Below are positions 40,536 to 51,282 of a stretch of 64,000 nucleotides of DNA, in pieces; the first letter of the stretch is position 1; the number at the start of each line of letters is the position of its first letter. The DNA comes from Candidatus Marinacidobacterales bacterium (GTDB taxonomy: Bacteria > Acidobacteriota > Vicinamibacteria > Marinacidobacterales > DATDRI01): NCBI GenBank assembly GCA_965226495.1, contig OZ245365.1:1408001-1472000 (forward strand), read 5' to 3'. The notes below the pieces were generated by a model. It made no database searches. It worked only from the letters and a program-made list of their open reading frames with translations, and was not told the DNA's origin. The position numbers and the translations under genes were made by a program.

Positions 40536-40985
40536 CTACTCGCGAGCTCGCCCTCGAGGTTTCTCTGCGCGCAGCTCGCTCAAGCGCGCCCGTTGTTCCG
40601 CGTTGAGCTCGTTTTTGATCCGTATCATCAGGGTCAGCTGCATGCGTTTGACTTCCCGTTCGGCATCGAGGACCTCGTCCAGGTGCTCCATAACGGCGGC
40701 TTCGTCGGTCGGCTCCTGGTCCAGCAATGAGGCGAGGATTTCCATCGCGTCATGGAGCCGCCACTGGACTTCGCTGAAGCGCGTTTGTGCGCGCTGCACT
40801 TCCGCGCGGATCGCTTTTTTTTGCTTGTCGTCGAGCCCAATCGCGTTCTGGTTCGACATGATGAGCTCGGGAGGAAACAGGTGCTCCGCGATCGCATCTC
40901 TTTTTGGTTTCTGCGCGGAAGCGACGGGCGACAGCATGAGGAGGCCGATACCCAACGCGGTGCTAACTGTCATCGTTTTCTTCAT
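40536..40985 (-). CDS. Periplasmic Spy/CpxP/ZraP-like protein
   Basis: Signal peptide, LDDKQ and LNAEQ (LTxxQ-like) motifs, helical. Confidence 0.7.
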   Translation of the reverse strand: MKKTMTVSTALGIGLLMLSPVASAQKPKRDAIAEHLFPPELIMSNQNAIGLDDKQKKAIRAEVQRAQTRFSEVQWRLHDAMEILASLLDQEPTDEAAVMEHLDEVLDAEREVKRMQLTLMIRIKNELNAEQRARLSELRAEKPRGRARE

Positions 40986-41469
40986 CGTTGTTCTCCTCGT
41001 ATAAAGTTTCGGGTAAATCAAATTGGAAGCCACCCAGACGCGGGACCTGCTGGAGTTGTTTGTAGGAGGCGGAGTAGAGAAGCTCCGCGGTGGGCGAACG
41101 CCAGTTGGCAAGATCCGGATCGGGCTTGAGTTCTGTTTCCGGGATCGGTGTCATTGTGACGACGATAACGATGATGACAGCGATCCCAACCAACGCCGCC
41201 GACGCAGCTCCGAGCCAAGGCCAGCGTCCCAGGGGTCTGGCGGGCGCATTGGGAACTTCGGCCAGGACCTGAGCCCGGAACGACGGTGAGGGTTTTGCGT
41301 TCGAGAGCACACCGACCGCCTCGTCGAGAGCGGAAGCGTCGGCACGCAGGCTCGAGAGCGCCGCCGCACAGTTGGCGCAATCACCGACGTGCCGTTCGAC
41401 CTCGGGGCTTTTCACGCCAAGCGCGACATCCATCAACGCATCACTCCACTTGTCGTCGCACGTTCTCAT
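40963..41469 (-). CDS. Anti-sigma factor (zinc-finger HxxxCxxC, single TM)
   Basis: HVGDCANC plus a TM helix; overlaps the sigma factor stop codon. Confidence 0.82.
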   Translation of the reverse strand: MRTCDDKWSDALMDVALGVKSPEVERHVGDCANCAAALSSLRADASALDEAVGVLSNAKPSPSFRAQVLAEVPNAPARPLGRWPWLGAASAALVGIAVIIVIVVTMTPIPETELKPDPDLANWRSPTAELLYSASYKQLQQVPRLGGFQFDLPETLYEENNDEENDDS

Positions 41470-42008
41470 CGTGAGATCCTCGAAAGAAGTTGCTTACGCG
41501 CAGAGTGAAGGCGCGAGCGCACCGTACCCGTTGGGATCCGAAGAACCGCAGCCACTTCGGAGGCCTCCATGTCCTCAATCGCACAGAGCACGAGAACGAT
41601 GCGAAGTTTATCGGGCAGCGAATCGATTTGAGCACGGACATCACTTAGAAAAATTTTATCGACCGCCGCCCGGCCTTGCTGCTGTGGCATATCCCCGAGA
41701 CTGTGGTGCCACGCGGTATCGCGGTCGAGCCGTCTTCGCGCGGCGCGCTTTCGATTGAGTGCGAGCGTAAACACGATTCGATTGACCCACGCCCGAAACT
41801 TGTCCGCCTCGCGCAAACTCCCGAAGAACCGGTAGGCGCGGATGAAGGCATCTTGTGCAATCTCTTCGGCATCCTGCGGGTTTCTTAGCACGCCGCGTGC
41901 GATGGCGACGACTCGGTGTTGGTTCTCGGCCAGCAGACGCACGAAGTCCCTTTCACGGTCGAGGGCGGCGCTCGGCTCTGGGGCGCTGCGTTCCACAAAG
42001 CTACTCAT
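41466..42008 (-). CDS. ECF RNA polymerase sigma factor
   Basis: DAEEIAQDAF, FRAWVNRI, IPTGTVRSRLHSAR. Confidence 0.92.
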   Translation of the reverse strand: MSSFVERSAPEPSAALDRERDFVRLLAENQHRVVAIARGVLRNPQDAEEIAQDAFIRAYRFFGSLREADKFRAWVNRIVFTLALNRKRAARRRLDRDTAWHHSLGDMPQQQGRAAVDKIFLSDVRAQIDSLPDKLRIVLVLCAIEDMEASEVAAVLRIPTGTVRSRLHSARKQLLSRISR

Positions 42009-42047
42009 CTCGGATGCGTGAATCCTGGGCTTGCCGCTCACTTTAAA

Positions 42048-42243
42048 GACACCGCCGAAACAGGAGACGTTCAATTCATTATCTGCGAATCGCTGGCCGC
42101 GAAGAGTCGCCTGGACGGGTCAAGCTGTAAACAACAGTGTTTATAAAGGTTCTATCTTTCCGTTTCGGTCGGCCGACATAGATCCCGACTTTTCTTCGCT
42201 AGCCTGGCACCTTCCCCTGAACAACAGCCCTTCTCGCGATGTC
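42048..42243. promoter_or_regulatory. Pair of divergent ECF-type promoters TGAAC-N16-RTGTC
   Basis: Minus strand 42073-42048 (TGAAC..GTGTC) and plus strand 42218-42243 (TGAAC..ATGTC), identical spacing. Confidence 0.65.
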
Positions 42244-42292
42244 ATGAACAGTGAAACCACAAATGCCCTGAAAGGGCAGAAAGAGAGAGTTC

Positions 42293-42745
42293 ATGATGAG
42301 ATATCACAAACCCTACTCCATTTATGCAGCGGCCGTCCTCCTACTCCTGACCGGATCCGCGGCGAGCTACGCCCACGGCGGCAGCATCGAATCGAACGTC
42401 GAGGCCGTGACACGTTTTCTTCACTTGAGTCCGGGGCAGGTCGGAGTGTTCCAAAACCTGCTCCAGGAGCGGCAGATGGCCACGACACCGATACGTGAGG
42501 AAGTCGCCGTTCTCGAGAAACAGCTCGAGGGGCTCATCGCAACGGGCGAAAACCCGGCGGCCATTGGCTTGACTGTGCTCAATATTCACGAGCGCCGTCA
42601 GGTCATCGAAATGATACAAGCAGAGTTTCTGGTTAACTTCCAGGGGCACTTGACTGATACGCAGCGACACCGTCTCGCGAGGCTACGGCAGGCGGCTCGG
42701 CTTCAGCCCGTGTTGCCCGCCTTCGTCCATCTCGGCTTGCTTTGA
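42293..42745 (+). CDS. Periplasmic Spy/CpxP-like protein
   Basis: Signal peptide, LSPGQ and LTDTQ motifs. Confidence 0.68.
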   Translation: MMRYHKPYSIYAAAVLLLLTGSAASYAHGGSIESNVEAVTRFLHLSPGQVGVFQNLLQERQMATTPIREEVAVLEKQLEGLIATGENPAAIGLTVLNIHERRQVIEMIQAEFLVNFQGHLTDTQRHRLARLRQAARLQPVLPAFVHLGLL

Positions 42746-42751
42746 TCAAAT

Positions 42752-42780
42752 CGGGGCCGGGTCCCCGAGACTCGGCCCCG
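42752..42780. terminator. GC-rich hairpin between convergent genes
   Basis: CGGGGCCG...CGGCCCCG stem. Confidence 0.55.
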
Positions 42781-42795
42781 TTCAAGGATCGCTGG

Positions 42796-44313
42796 TCACT
42801 GCTCGAACAACTGCTCCACCGGGACAACGTCGACGGCTTTGACAGGTAGCTGGAAACGCTCGATCTTTTTGTCCTCCTCGAGCACCTCCGGGGACGTTCC
42901 CTCTGTTTGGTAGGTGATAGGGCTCACTCGATTCTCCTGGAGGGCAGCGGCGAGCTCATGGGCGTCTGAGCTCACGATGGCCACACGGATATCCCAGCGG
43001 TCGAGATGTTTCTTCACCGCCCGGTTCACATCCTCGACGGTCATGGACTTCAAGCGCGTCGCGATCTCGTCCATGTAGTACTCGGTTCCGTAGAACCGTG
43101 AATCGAGGTGGTATCCGAGCCGGCGATCCAGGCTTTGCACCCACAGTTTGGAGTAGTTGAGCAGATAGTTCCGGGTCGCCAGAAAATCTTCTTCGCTCAT
43201 TCCGTTCTCGACGAACTTCCGGAGCTCCCAGATCGCCGCGCGCAGCGCAAAGTGCGCGTTGGTCGGAACAACCGGACGGAGCCAGATACTGAAAGACTGC
43301 TGATGCCGAACGATGTTTGGTAGCGGGAAGGTGCTCGAGCCGTCCTGAATGAATTTTTCGATGTAGGAATAGTCCCCGTAGTTCAGGCCCCGTTCGGCGC
43401 GGAGTTTGTTCATGAGCACACCGTGGAAAGAGCGATGGTCACCGAGGTACGTGTTCGCGACTAGTAGGGCATAGAAATCAGCGTCGGAGCGCGTGACGCC
43501 ATACGCGAAGCCCAGGCTGATCGCGGTAGAGTCGGCTGCTTTTTTTGCGATCCGAATTTCGAGGCCTTCCCCGCGTGACGGTTGAGAGATCTCGGTCCCC
43601 GCAACCGATCCCGTTGAAAGGCCTTTTCGGAAATCTTCGCGGACTCGTTCCTCGAATCCAGTGGGGAGATCTCCGGCAAGTCCGATACGCAATGCCGAAA
43701 AGTTATAGTGCGTGCGGTAAAACGCCTTCACGTCCTCGAGTGTGATGCTCCGAAGGCCGGCGGCCGTCCCCTGCGTCGGGTGACCAAACGGATGTTCCGC
43801 ATAAATCATGTCCTCGAGCATGGTCTTACCCAGTTGCTCGTCGTCGCTTCCGCGTAGGGTCTTGGTCACGTACGACAACAGTTGGTCGCGGTTTCTTTCG
43901 AAATCCGCGGGCTCGAATCGGGGGTGGAGCAACAGATCGCGATAGACGGTGTAGAAATCTTCCATGAAATCGCGGTGCACTCTACCCACCAGGGTGGTGA
44001 CCTCTTTGTCCGCTTCCGCCGAGACGAGCCCCGCCATCGGGTAGAGCTTCTGATTCACCTCGAAGAGCGAGAGCGTTTCGGTTCCGCCGCTAGAGAGCAT
44101 CATCGCGGTGAGAGTGTTGAGCCCTTCCTTCCCGGCAGGATCGTTGGACGAACCGGTGTGGAACATGAGTCGAAAGCTGACGAGTGGATTCCCCGGGCTT
44201 GAGACGATAACCGACGGGTGTTCGGCTGGTAGAAACGCAGAAGCAAGGGAAGAACCCGCTACGAGTAGGAGTAGGGCACATCCAATCGTCGATTGCAGGG
44301 CTGGTGCGGACAT
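42796..44313 (-). CDS. M16 family peptidase, non-catalytic partner subunit
   Basis: GSSNDPAGKEGL, LRAERGLNYG; lacks HxxEH. Confidence 0.85.
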   Translation of the reverse strand: MSAPALQSTIGCALLLLVAGSSLASAFLPAEHPSVIVSSPGNPLVSFRLMFHTGSSNDPAGKEGLNTLTAMMLSSGGTETLSLFEVNQKLYPMAGLVSAEADKEVTTLVGRVHRDFMEDFYTVYRDLLLHPRFEPADFERNRDQLLSYVTKTLRGSDDEQLGKTMLEDMIYAEHPFGHPTQGTAAGLRSITLEDVKAFYRTHYNFSALRIGLAGDLPTGFEERVREDFRKGLSTGSVAGTEISQPSRGEGLEIRIAKKAADSTAISLGFAYGVTRSDADFYALLVANTYLGDHRSFHGVLMNKLRAERGLNYGDYSYIEKFIQDGSSTFPLPNIVRHQQSFSIWLRPVVPTNAHFALRAAIWELRKFVENGMSEEDFLATRNYLLNYSKLWVQSLDRRLGYHLDSRFYGTEYYMDEIATRLKSMTVEDVNRAVKKHLDRWDIRVAIVSSDAHELAAALQENRVSPITYQTEGTSPEVLEEDKKIERFQLPVKAVDVVPVEQLFEQ

Positions 44314-44318
44314 CGCTT

Positions 44319-45674
44319 CTACTCCTCTCCTTTGACGTCCGCCGACTGAGTGAGCGTCACAATCGTTCGCGTTTCGGGCCTAAAGTACTTACGCGCAACT
44401 TCGATCATGGCGTCGGGTGTGACTGCCTCGTAGAGCTCATAGACGCGGTTCACAGTCTGCGGATTACTGGTAAGCGCAATGTAGTGCGACAAGGTACTCC
44501 CCACCGCGTTGGCGGTGTTCATGTTCATCAAGAATTGGTACTTCATGTGGCTCTTCGTTGACAAGAGACTCTCGGCGTCGAAACGCTCGGTGCTAAGGCG
44601 CGCGACCTGATCCAAAATGGCGGTGCGAACCTCGGGCAGCTTGTCGGGGCGGCGCACGCGGGTCAGGATTGTGTAAAGAGTCGGATCCGCCTGGTCGAAC
44701 GCTCCGGCACCGATGAAATCGACCCACTGCTCTTCGAGTACAAGCTTCCTATAAAGTGGAGACGTGCTACCGAAAGCGAGCTGAGACAACACGTCCAGTG
44801 TTGGGATCTCGGCGTTGTCGGTATTGAAGGCGGGCGCCTGGTAGCTAATCATGAGCCAGGGGAGGGTCGGTGCCGGCCACTCCACTTTCGATTCTTGCGA
44901 TTCCGCTTGAGGGGGCTCGGCCGGTATCTTCGCGTTGTAGGTGCCACGCTTCCAGTTGCCATAGTGCTTCTCGACCAGGTTGCTAAGTTCTTCCCAGTTG
45001 AAGTCACCGACGACGAGAATCGTCGTGTACTCGGGCCGGTAGAAACGGTCGAAGAACTCTAGGCTGTATTCGTACATCGTAGGCATGGCCTTGATGTCTT
45101 CCACGAACCCGATGACCAAATGACGGTAAGGGTGGACCTGAAACGCCTTCTGGTAGAGCTCGACCTGCAGACCTTGGACGGGGCTCGCGGCATTCTTGTT
45201 GTACTCGCCGAGTACGGCACCCGCTTCTTTCTTGAACTGCTCTTCACTGTAGCGGAGGTTTTGAAAGCGGTCGGCCTCGAGTTCGACGATCTTCGGTAGA
45301 GAATCCGAGCTCGCCAGGATGTGATAGCGCGTGTAATCGAAGCTGGTGTTGGCGTTGTGGTCGGCGCCCACCGCGGTGAGTGCCGCATTGTATTCGTCCT
45401 CGCTGTAGGTATCTGTTCCTCGGAACATCATGTGTTCGAAGAAGTGAGCGAAGCCGCTCCTGCCGGGTTCCACTTCGTGTCTCGAGCCCACGCGCACAAT
45501 GGAGTAGTAGGAGACTAGCCCCGGGCTATCGAAGTGCACGCCGACCAGTCGGAGGCCGTTTGGGAACTCCTTCTGATCGATTGCGTATGGGAACACTGCT
45601 GGATTTTTCTGAGGTGGGGTTGCCCCGGCTCCGAGGCCAGCCAGACTCATTGCTAACAAAAACTTCCTCCACAT
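44319..45674 (-). CDS. M16 family zinc peptidase, catalytic subunit
   Basis: GFAHFFEHMMFRGT, NANTS, HPY. Confidence 0.92.
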   Translation of the reverse strand: MWRKFLLAMSLAGLGAGATPPQKNPAVFPYAIDQKEFPNGLRLVGVHFDSPGLVSYYSIVRVGSRHEVEPGRSGFAHFFEHMMFRGTDTYSEDEYNAALTAVGADHNANTSFDYTRYHILASSDSLPKIVELEADRFQNLRYSEEQFKKEAGAVLGEYNKNAASPVQGLQVELYQKAFQVHPYRHLVIGFVEDIKAMPTMYEYSLEFFDRFYRPEYTTILVVGDFNWEELSNLVEKHYGNWKRGTYNAKIPAEPPQAESQESKVEWPAPTLPWLMISYQAPAFNTDNAEIPTLDVLSQLAFGSTSPLYRKLVLEEQWVDFIGAGAFDQADPTLYTILTRVRRPDKLPEVRTAILDQVARLSTERFDAESLLSTKSHMKYQFLMNMNTANAVGSTLSHYIALTSNPQTVNRVYELYEAVTPDAMIEVARKYFRPETRTIVTLTQSADVKGEE

Positions 45675-45802
45675 GGTTTACCTCTCAATGTTTCATAGTG
45701 GATTTGCTCCCATTTTACCGCTTTCGCTGGGGTTATCGTACCGCTAAGGAGCCGCATCATCTGTTATGATGCCAGGTTCAGAAGCCAGCGTGAGGTGAAA
45801 AA

Positions 45803-48049
45803 GTGATTGGAAAGCAAGAGGCCCTCGATTATCACTCCGGCGGGCGCAAGGGTAAGATCGAGGTCAGTCCTACCAAGCCGTGCCGGACGCAGAGAGATCT
45901 GTCCTTGGCATACACACCGGGCGTCGCAGAGCCTTGTCTCGAGATCAAGGCGAACCCGGAAGACGTCTTCAAATACACCGCCCGAGGCAACTTGGTGGCG
46001 GTCATCACCAACGGTACGGCGGTCCTGGGACTCGGAAACATCGGTCCCATGGCGGCCAAACCGGTGATGGAAGGTAAAGGCGTTCTATTCAAGCGCTTCG
46101 CGGACATCGACGTGTTCGACATCGAGTTAGCAACGGAGGATCCCGACGAAATCGTCAAGGTCGTCAAGCTACTCGAGCCGACCTTCGGAGGCATCAACCT
46201 CGAGGACATCAAGGCACCCGATTGTTTCTATGTCGAAGAAGAGCTCAAGAAGACGATGAACATACCGGTCTTTCACGATGACCAACACGGCACCGCTATC
46301 ATTTCTGGTGCCGCTCTCCTCAACGCCTTGGAGCTAACCGGTAAGCGCATCTCGGAGTTGAAGGCGGTCTTCAACGGTGCCGGCGCGGCGGGGATCGCCT
46401 GCGCTCAACTGATGATGGGATTGGGAGTCAAGGCAGAGAACACGATCATGTGCGACTCCAAAGGCGTCATCTACAAAGGGCGGACGGAGGGAATGAATCC
46501 CTACAAGGCGCGCTTTGCGTTGGACACAAAGAAGCGGACGTTGGCGGAGGCGATGGACGGTGCGGATCTATTCGTGGGCGTGTCGGTCAAGGATGCGGTC
46601 ACCAAGGAGATGGTCGCATCGATGAATGACAAGCCCATCATCATGGCGATGGCAAACCCTGATCCCGAGATTACATACGAGGACGCAACCTCGGTTCGCA
46701 CCGACCTGATCATGGCCACCGGCCGCACCGACTATCCCAACCAAGTGAACAACGTTCTGGGCTTTCCGTTTATCTTCCGAGGGGCGCTCGATGTAAGGGC
46801 GAAGGCAGTCAACGAGGAAATGAAGGCGGCTGCGGTGCGCGCACTGGCGGATCTGGCAAAGGAGGACGTGCCGGACTCCGTCATGCGAGCGTACGGCGTC
46901 GACAAGATGCGTTTCGGCCCCGACTACATTATTCCCAAGCCGTTCGATCCCCGCGTTCTCACCTGGGTAGCACCGGCGGTGGCTCGAGCCGCGATGGAGA
47001 CCGGGGTGGCTCGAGTTCAGATCGACATCGATGAGTACCGCGACCGACTGGAGGCCAAGCTCGGGCGGGGCCGGGAAGTGATGCGAACCATCATCTCGCG
47101 GGCGAAGAAAGAGGCGAAGCGCATCGTTTTTCCCGAAGGTGAAGAGGACAAGATTCTGCGCGCCGCTCATGTTCTCATCGACGAGCACGTCGCGCAGCCG
47201 ATCCTATTGGGGCGCCCGGATGTCGTACGAGGGAAAATGAAAGAGCTGGGTCTCGAGTTCCACGGTGCCTCGGTCATTCTGCCCCGGAGCTCGCCCGAGT
47301 TCGATCGTTATGTGGAAGAGCTCTACAAGCTACGCAACCGCCGAGGCGTCACGCGCAGCGAGGCTCAGGAGCTCATGAACAATCACAACGTTTTCGGGTC
47401 GATGATGGTGAACGTCGGCGACGCCGACGCGATGGTCGCCGGCCTCACCCAACACTATCCGGATACGATTCGACCGGCGCTTCAAGTCATTCGCATCAAG
47501 AGCGGTGTCAAGAAAGTGGCTGGCGTTTACATGATGATTTTCAAAGACGACGTCAAGTTTTTCGCAGACACCACGGTCAACATCGAGCCCACCGCCGAAG
47601 ACCTAGCGGAGATCGCGATCGGCACCGCAGAAGTTGCTCGGCGCTTCGGCATCGATCCCCGTGTCGCGATGTTGTCATTCTCGAACTTCGGAAGTACCCG
47701 CCATCCGTTGTCCGACAAGGTTCGCCTTGCCACCGAGCTCGTGCGCCAGCGAGCCCCGGAGCTCGAGGTCGACGGTGAGATGCAGGCCGACACCGCCGTG
47801 GTGCCTGAGATTTTGACCGAGACCTACCCTTTCAGCACTCTAAGCTCGGAAGCGAACGTCCTCATTTTTCCCAGCCTGGAGGCGGGCAATGCCGCCTACA
47901 AGCTCATGCAGCGGTTGGGTGAGGCGGAAGCGATCGGGCCTATCCTCATGGGCTTGCGCAAGCCGGTGCATGTGTTGCAGCGGGGGGCGGAAGTGGATGA
48001 GATAGTGAATATGGCGGCGATCGCCGTGGTAGAGGCTCAGGAAGTCTAA
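45803..48049 (+). CDS. maeB: NADP-dependent malic enzyme with PTA domain
   Basis: [28 protein letters not shown]; C-terminal VFPEGE, DGEMQAD. Confidence 0.96.
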   Translation: MIGKQEALDYHSGGRKGKIEVSPTKPCRTQRDLSLAYTPGVAEPCLEIKANPEDVFKYTARGNLVAVITNGTAVLGLGNIGPMAAKPVMEGKGVLFKRFADIDVFDIELATEDPDEIVKVVKLLEPTFGGINLEDIKAPDCFYVEEELKKTMNIPVFHDDQHGTAIISGAALLNALELTGKRISELKAVFNGAGAAGIACAQLMMGLGVKAENTIMCDSKGVIYKGRTEGMNPYKARFALDTKKRTLAEAMDGADLFVGVSVKDAVTKEMVASMNDKPIIMAMANPDPEITYEDATSVRTDLIMATGRTDYPNQVNNVLGFPFIFRGALDVRAKAVNEEMKAAAVRALADLAKEDVPDSVMRAYGVDKMRFGPDYIIPKPFDPRVLTWVAPAVARAAMETGVARVQIDIDEYRDRLEAKLGRGREVMRTIISRAKKEAKRIVFPEGEEDKILRAAHVLIDEHVAQPILLGRPDVVRGKMKELGLEFHGASVILPRSSPEFDRYVEELYKLRNRRGVTRSEAQELMNNHNVFGSMMVNVGDADAMVAGLTQHYPDTIRPALQVIRIKSGVKKVAGVYMMIFKDDVKFFADTTVNIEPTAEDLAEIAIGTAEVARRFGIDPRVAMLSFSNFGSTRHPLSDKVRLATELVRQRAPELEVDGEMQADTAVVPEILTETYPFSTLSSEANVLIFPSLEAGNAAYKLMQRLGEAEAIGPILMGLRKPVHVLQRGAEVDEIVNMAAIAVVEAQEV

Positions 48050-48061
48050 TACGGGCTCTTG

Positions 48062-48161
48062 TTCCTTTATTCCTCTCCCCCTTTTGGGGGAGAGGGCGGC
48101 GTCAAGGGATGTCGTGTCGTTATCCATCGTTATCCATGAAATCGGACGCCGGGTGAGGGGG
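48062..48161. repeat. REP-like element with internal GGCGTC...GACGCC insert
   Basis: TTCCTTTATTCCTCTCCCC-..-GGGGAGAGG-GGCGTCAAG...GACGCC-GGGTGAGGG; homologous to 62186-62270. Confidence 0.75.
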
Positions 48162-48217
48162 AGTATGCTAGCGAAGCTGACGCCGGTCGGCGAAACACCC
48201 CGTGCTGTGAAACGGCT

Positions 48218-48721
48218 CTAGCTGGCGGATGGAACGCGAAAGGTTACGCGGAAGACGAGTTGATGGGTTCCAAGGCGGAACTCGGAATTGTCTTCTAGTT
48301 GTGCTTCCTTGACGCGCGCCCCTTGGACGTATGTCCCGTTAGTGCTTCCCATGTCCCTGAGCGTCGCGCTATCTCCGTGAACCTCGATGCTCACGTGCTG
48401 GCGTGAGATTTCTGGATCGTCCAGGTTTAAATCACATCCGCGACGCCCGATGATGATCTCTGATTTTTCGATCGGGAAGATCTGACCCGGCTCGTTGCCA
48501 TCCAAGACCTCGAGCGAGTACGTCTTGTCATCTGAGAGGGAGATGGCAGAAGGGCTACTACTCACGTCGTGGGCCGCCGCTTTTTCATCCGCGTCTGACA
48601 TTGCCATGAATGCTACGTCGAGGGACCCTTGGCAGTGAGGACAAAGTGCCCGTGCTGCTGCAAGCTGCCGGACGATGTCCTCGTGGAGCTCGGTTTCGCA
48701 GTGGGGACACGGCACGCCCAT
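48218..48721 (-). CDS. FHA domain protein with N-terminal zinc ribbon
   Basis: CPHC..CPHC; FHA motifs IGR, SRQH, DMGSTNGT. Confidence 0.88.
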   Translation of the reverse strand: MGVPCPHCETELHEDIVRQLAAARALCPHCQGSLDVAFMAMSDADEKAAAHDVSSSPSAISLSDDKTYSLEVLDGNEPGQIFPIEKSEIIIGRRGCDLNLDDPEISRQHVSIEVHGDSATLRDMGSTNGTYVQGARVKEAQLEDNSEFRLGTHQLVFRVTFRVPSAS

Positions 48722-48823
48722 TGCGACTTTACCTCCTGCTAAAGACCCGGGATACTAAAAATGGTGACAGTTTCGCGAGGCGCTGTCAAGGCTCCGGTGA
48801 CCTCACCGCGGTGCGCCCCGCAC

Positions 48824-49549
48824 TTACTCGTTCGACGCCGCCAGGGGTTCTCCGGACGGAGGGTTGGACGGTTGGCTTCCCCTCAGCCGGTGATACACGG
48901 GAGCTAGGCGGTGGGGCGAAACACCCAAAAAGAATGCGGTCACCGCGACCCAGTTCGCGAGCGTGGTGGCGAGCGGTCCCAACCTCTCCCAGTGGCGGGG
49001 GGTGGTCGTCACTGGGACCTTGAGTGTGACCATCCGGCCCCTCGCCCGAAGCCGCTTCGCGAGGTCGACGTCCTCCATAATGGGGATATCACGATAGCCC
49101 CCGATTCGTTCGAACTCTGAGCGACGGACGAAGAGGGCCTGGTCTCCGTACGGGAAACCCAGGAAGCGAGCTCGAAGATTCGAGCCCAGCGACACCAGAC
49201 CCAACCCTGGGCTCGTCGGCTCGACCCGGAGAGTAAACGAGCCTCCCACAATATCCTTGTCGTCGAGAGCTTCCCGGATGGCCTCGTTCGCGCCCGGGCC
49301 AAGCTCGCAGTCCGCATGGAGAAACAGGAGTGTGTCGCCGCCGGCCGTCTTGGCGCCAAGATTCATCTGGGCTCCTCGCCCGATCGCGCCTTCGACCACA
49401 CGGGCACCCCGCTGTGCGGCGATCTCCCGCGTGCGATCCTCGCTTTGACCATCCGCGACGACGATCTCCGCTCCTGGGGGAATCGACGCGAGCGCGCGCG
49501 CAAGACAGCGCTCCTCGTTCAAGGTTGGAACAACCACTGAGAGCTTCAT
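48824..49549 (-). CDS. Glycosyltransferase family 2 (TIGR04283-like)
   Basis: VPTLNE, DGQSED, RGAQMNLGA, FLHAD, YGDQALF, MED. Confidence 0.88.
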   Translation of the reverse strand: MKLSVVVPTLNEERCLARALASIPPGAEIVVADGQSEDRTREIAAQRGARVVEGAIGRGAQMNLGAKTAGGDTLLFLHADCELGPGANEAIREALDDKDIVGGSFTLRVEPTSPGLGLVSLGSNLRARFLGFPYGDQALFVRRSEFERIGGYRDIPIMEDVDLAKRLRARGRMVTLKVPVTTTPRHWERLGPLATTLANWVAVTAFFLGVSPHRLAPVYHRLRGSQPSNPPSGEPLAASNE

Positions 49550-49618
49550 GGGGCTCCCGCCATCTTAGCATCAGGATGAGGCTTATCCATGTTAAGATCT
49601 TCATTCCGGACCTCAAAA

Positions 49619-50618
49619 ATGGCGCATACCATTACACTCATTCCCGGTGACGGGATCGGCCCCGAGATCATGGATGCGACGGTGCGCGTGCTCGATGCCA
49701 CCGGCGTGCGGTTCGAGTGGGAAAGGCACGAGGCAGGTATTCGATCTTTCGAAAAAACTGGAAACCCCCTATCTGAAGAGCTCTTGGAATCGATTCGGCG
49801 CAACGGGTTGGCCCTGAAGGGCCCACTCACCACGCTAGTCGGGGAAGGTTACCCAAGCGCCAACGTGGCTCTCAGAAAACAACTCGATCTCTACGCGAAC
49901 CTGCGGCCCGTTAAGAGCGTGCCAGGAGTGAAAAGCCGCTACGAGAATGTAAACCTGGTCATCGTCAGGGAGAACACCGAAGACCTCTACTCCGGCATCG
50001 AGCACATGATCATGCCCGGTGTGACCCAGGGGTTGAAGGTGATCACATCTTTCGCATCCACGCGCATTGCGCAATTCGCCTTCGAGTACGCGCCGCCGAC
50101 AACGACATTTGGTCACCGCCGTCCACAAAGCCAACATCATGAAGCTCACCGACGGGCTCTTCTTGGAAAGCGCGCGGGGAGTAGCCAAGGGGTTTGCGGA
50201 AGTCGACTTCGACGACAAGATCGTCGACAACCTTTGCATGCAGTTGGTGTTGGATCCCGATCAATTCGATATCCTCCTGCTGTCCAACCTCTATGGGGAC
50301 ATCGTTTCGGATTTGGCCGCCGGCCTAGTGGGTGGGCTGGGCCTGGTCCCCGCTGCCAATATCGGGGAGACTCACGCGGTCTTCGAGGCGGTCCATGGCA
50401 GCGCGCCGGACATTGCCGGGAAGGGAGTTGCCAACCCGACAGCTCTGATCTTTTCCGGAGTGCTGATGCTGAGGCACCTCGGCGAGAACGACGCCGCAGA
50501 TCGAGTCCTGGCCGCTTGTTTTCGTGTACTCGAGAAAGGGGACGTGCGGACGCCCGATCTGGGGGGGAGCTCGTCGACGAGCGAGTACGCCGATGCGGTG
50601 TCGGGGGAACTGAGCTAG
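49619..50618 (+). CDS. icd: Isocitrate/isopropylmalate dehydrogenase family (NAD-IDH-like), frameshift near 50090 (likely consensus error)
   Basis: IPGDGIGPE, ALKGP, RENTEDLY in one frame; VHKANIMK, NLYGDIVSD, EAVHGSAPDIAG in another. Confidence 0.85.
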
Positions 50619-50847
50619 GCGGCCTATATATAGAGGATAGTGGGAGGTGGTTGGGGAATTTCCCCCACTTTTTGTTGTTGCCCGCCCCGAAGCCTCTGAA
50701 TATAATAGCCGCGCCTGTGCGGTCGGCGAGGTCGGCCGCAAGTTTTTTATATCGTGGTCCTTGTGCCCCTTGAGTCGCATGCTTGAGTTGCGGCTTCAAG
50801 AAACGATTGAAATAATGGTTGTTTGAAGACTTTTGTGAGGTAAACCG

Positions 50848-51270
50848 ATGGTGATGGTCGACTTCCTCGCCGTACTGTTTTTCTTGGTGGCCGCCATACT
50901 CTTCGTCGGTGTGACCCTCACTGTTGCGTCTCTGGTCCGGCCGAGCAAGTTCACGGCTGAGAAATACATCCCCTATGAATGTGGTGAGAATCCGGTGGGC
51001 TCACCTTGGGTCCAGTTCAACATCCGGTTCTACGTCTTCGCCTTGGTTTTCATCATTTTCGATGTAGAAGCGGTGTTCTTGTTCCCTTGGGCAGTCGTCT
51101 ACCAAGATTTGGGCCTCTTCGCTTTCGTCGAGGGCGTCATCTTTATTGGGATTCTCGCCCTAGGCCTCGCCTACCTTTGGGTCAAGGGAGACCTGGAGTG
51201 GGTTCGTACCGAGGACCGCGCTCCCCATCACCAAACGACGAGCATTTCCGAGGCCGATAAAGCGGCGTAG
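50848..51270 (+). CDS. nuoA: Complex I subunit A
   Basis: YECGENP, FIIFDVEAVFLFPW. Confidence 0.95.
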   Translation: MVMVDFLAVLFFLVAAILFVGVTLTVASLVRPSKFTAEKYIPYECGENPVGSPWVQFNIRFYVFALVFIIFDVEAVFLFPWAVVYQDLGLFAFVEGVIFIGILALGLAYLWVKGDLEWVRTEDRAPHHQTTSISEADKAA

Positions 51271-51282
51271 AGAGAACCCATC

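Noticed and set aside
48120-48138. Two TTATCCA motifs resembling DnaA boxes
   Set aside because: Only 7/9 matches, located inside the loop of a repeat element, with no AT-rich unwinding region or dnaA context.
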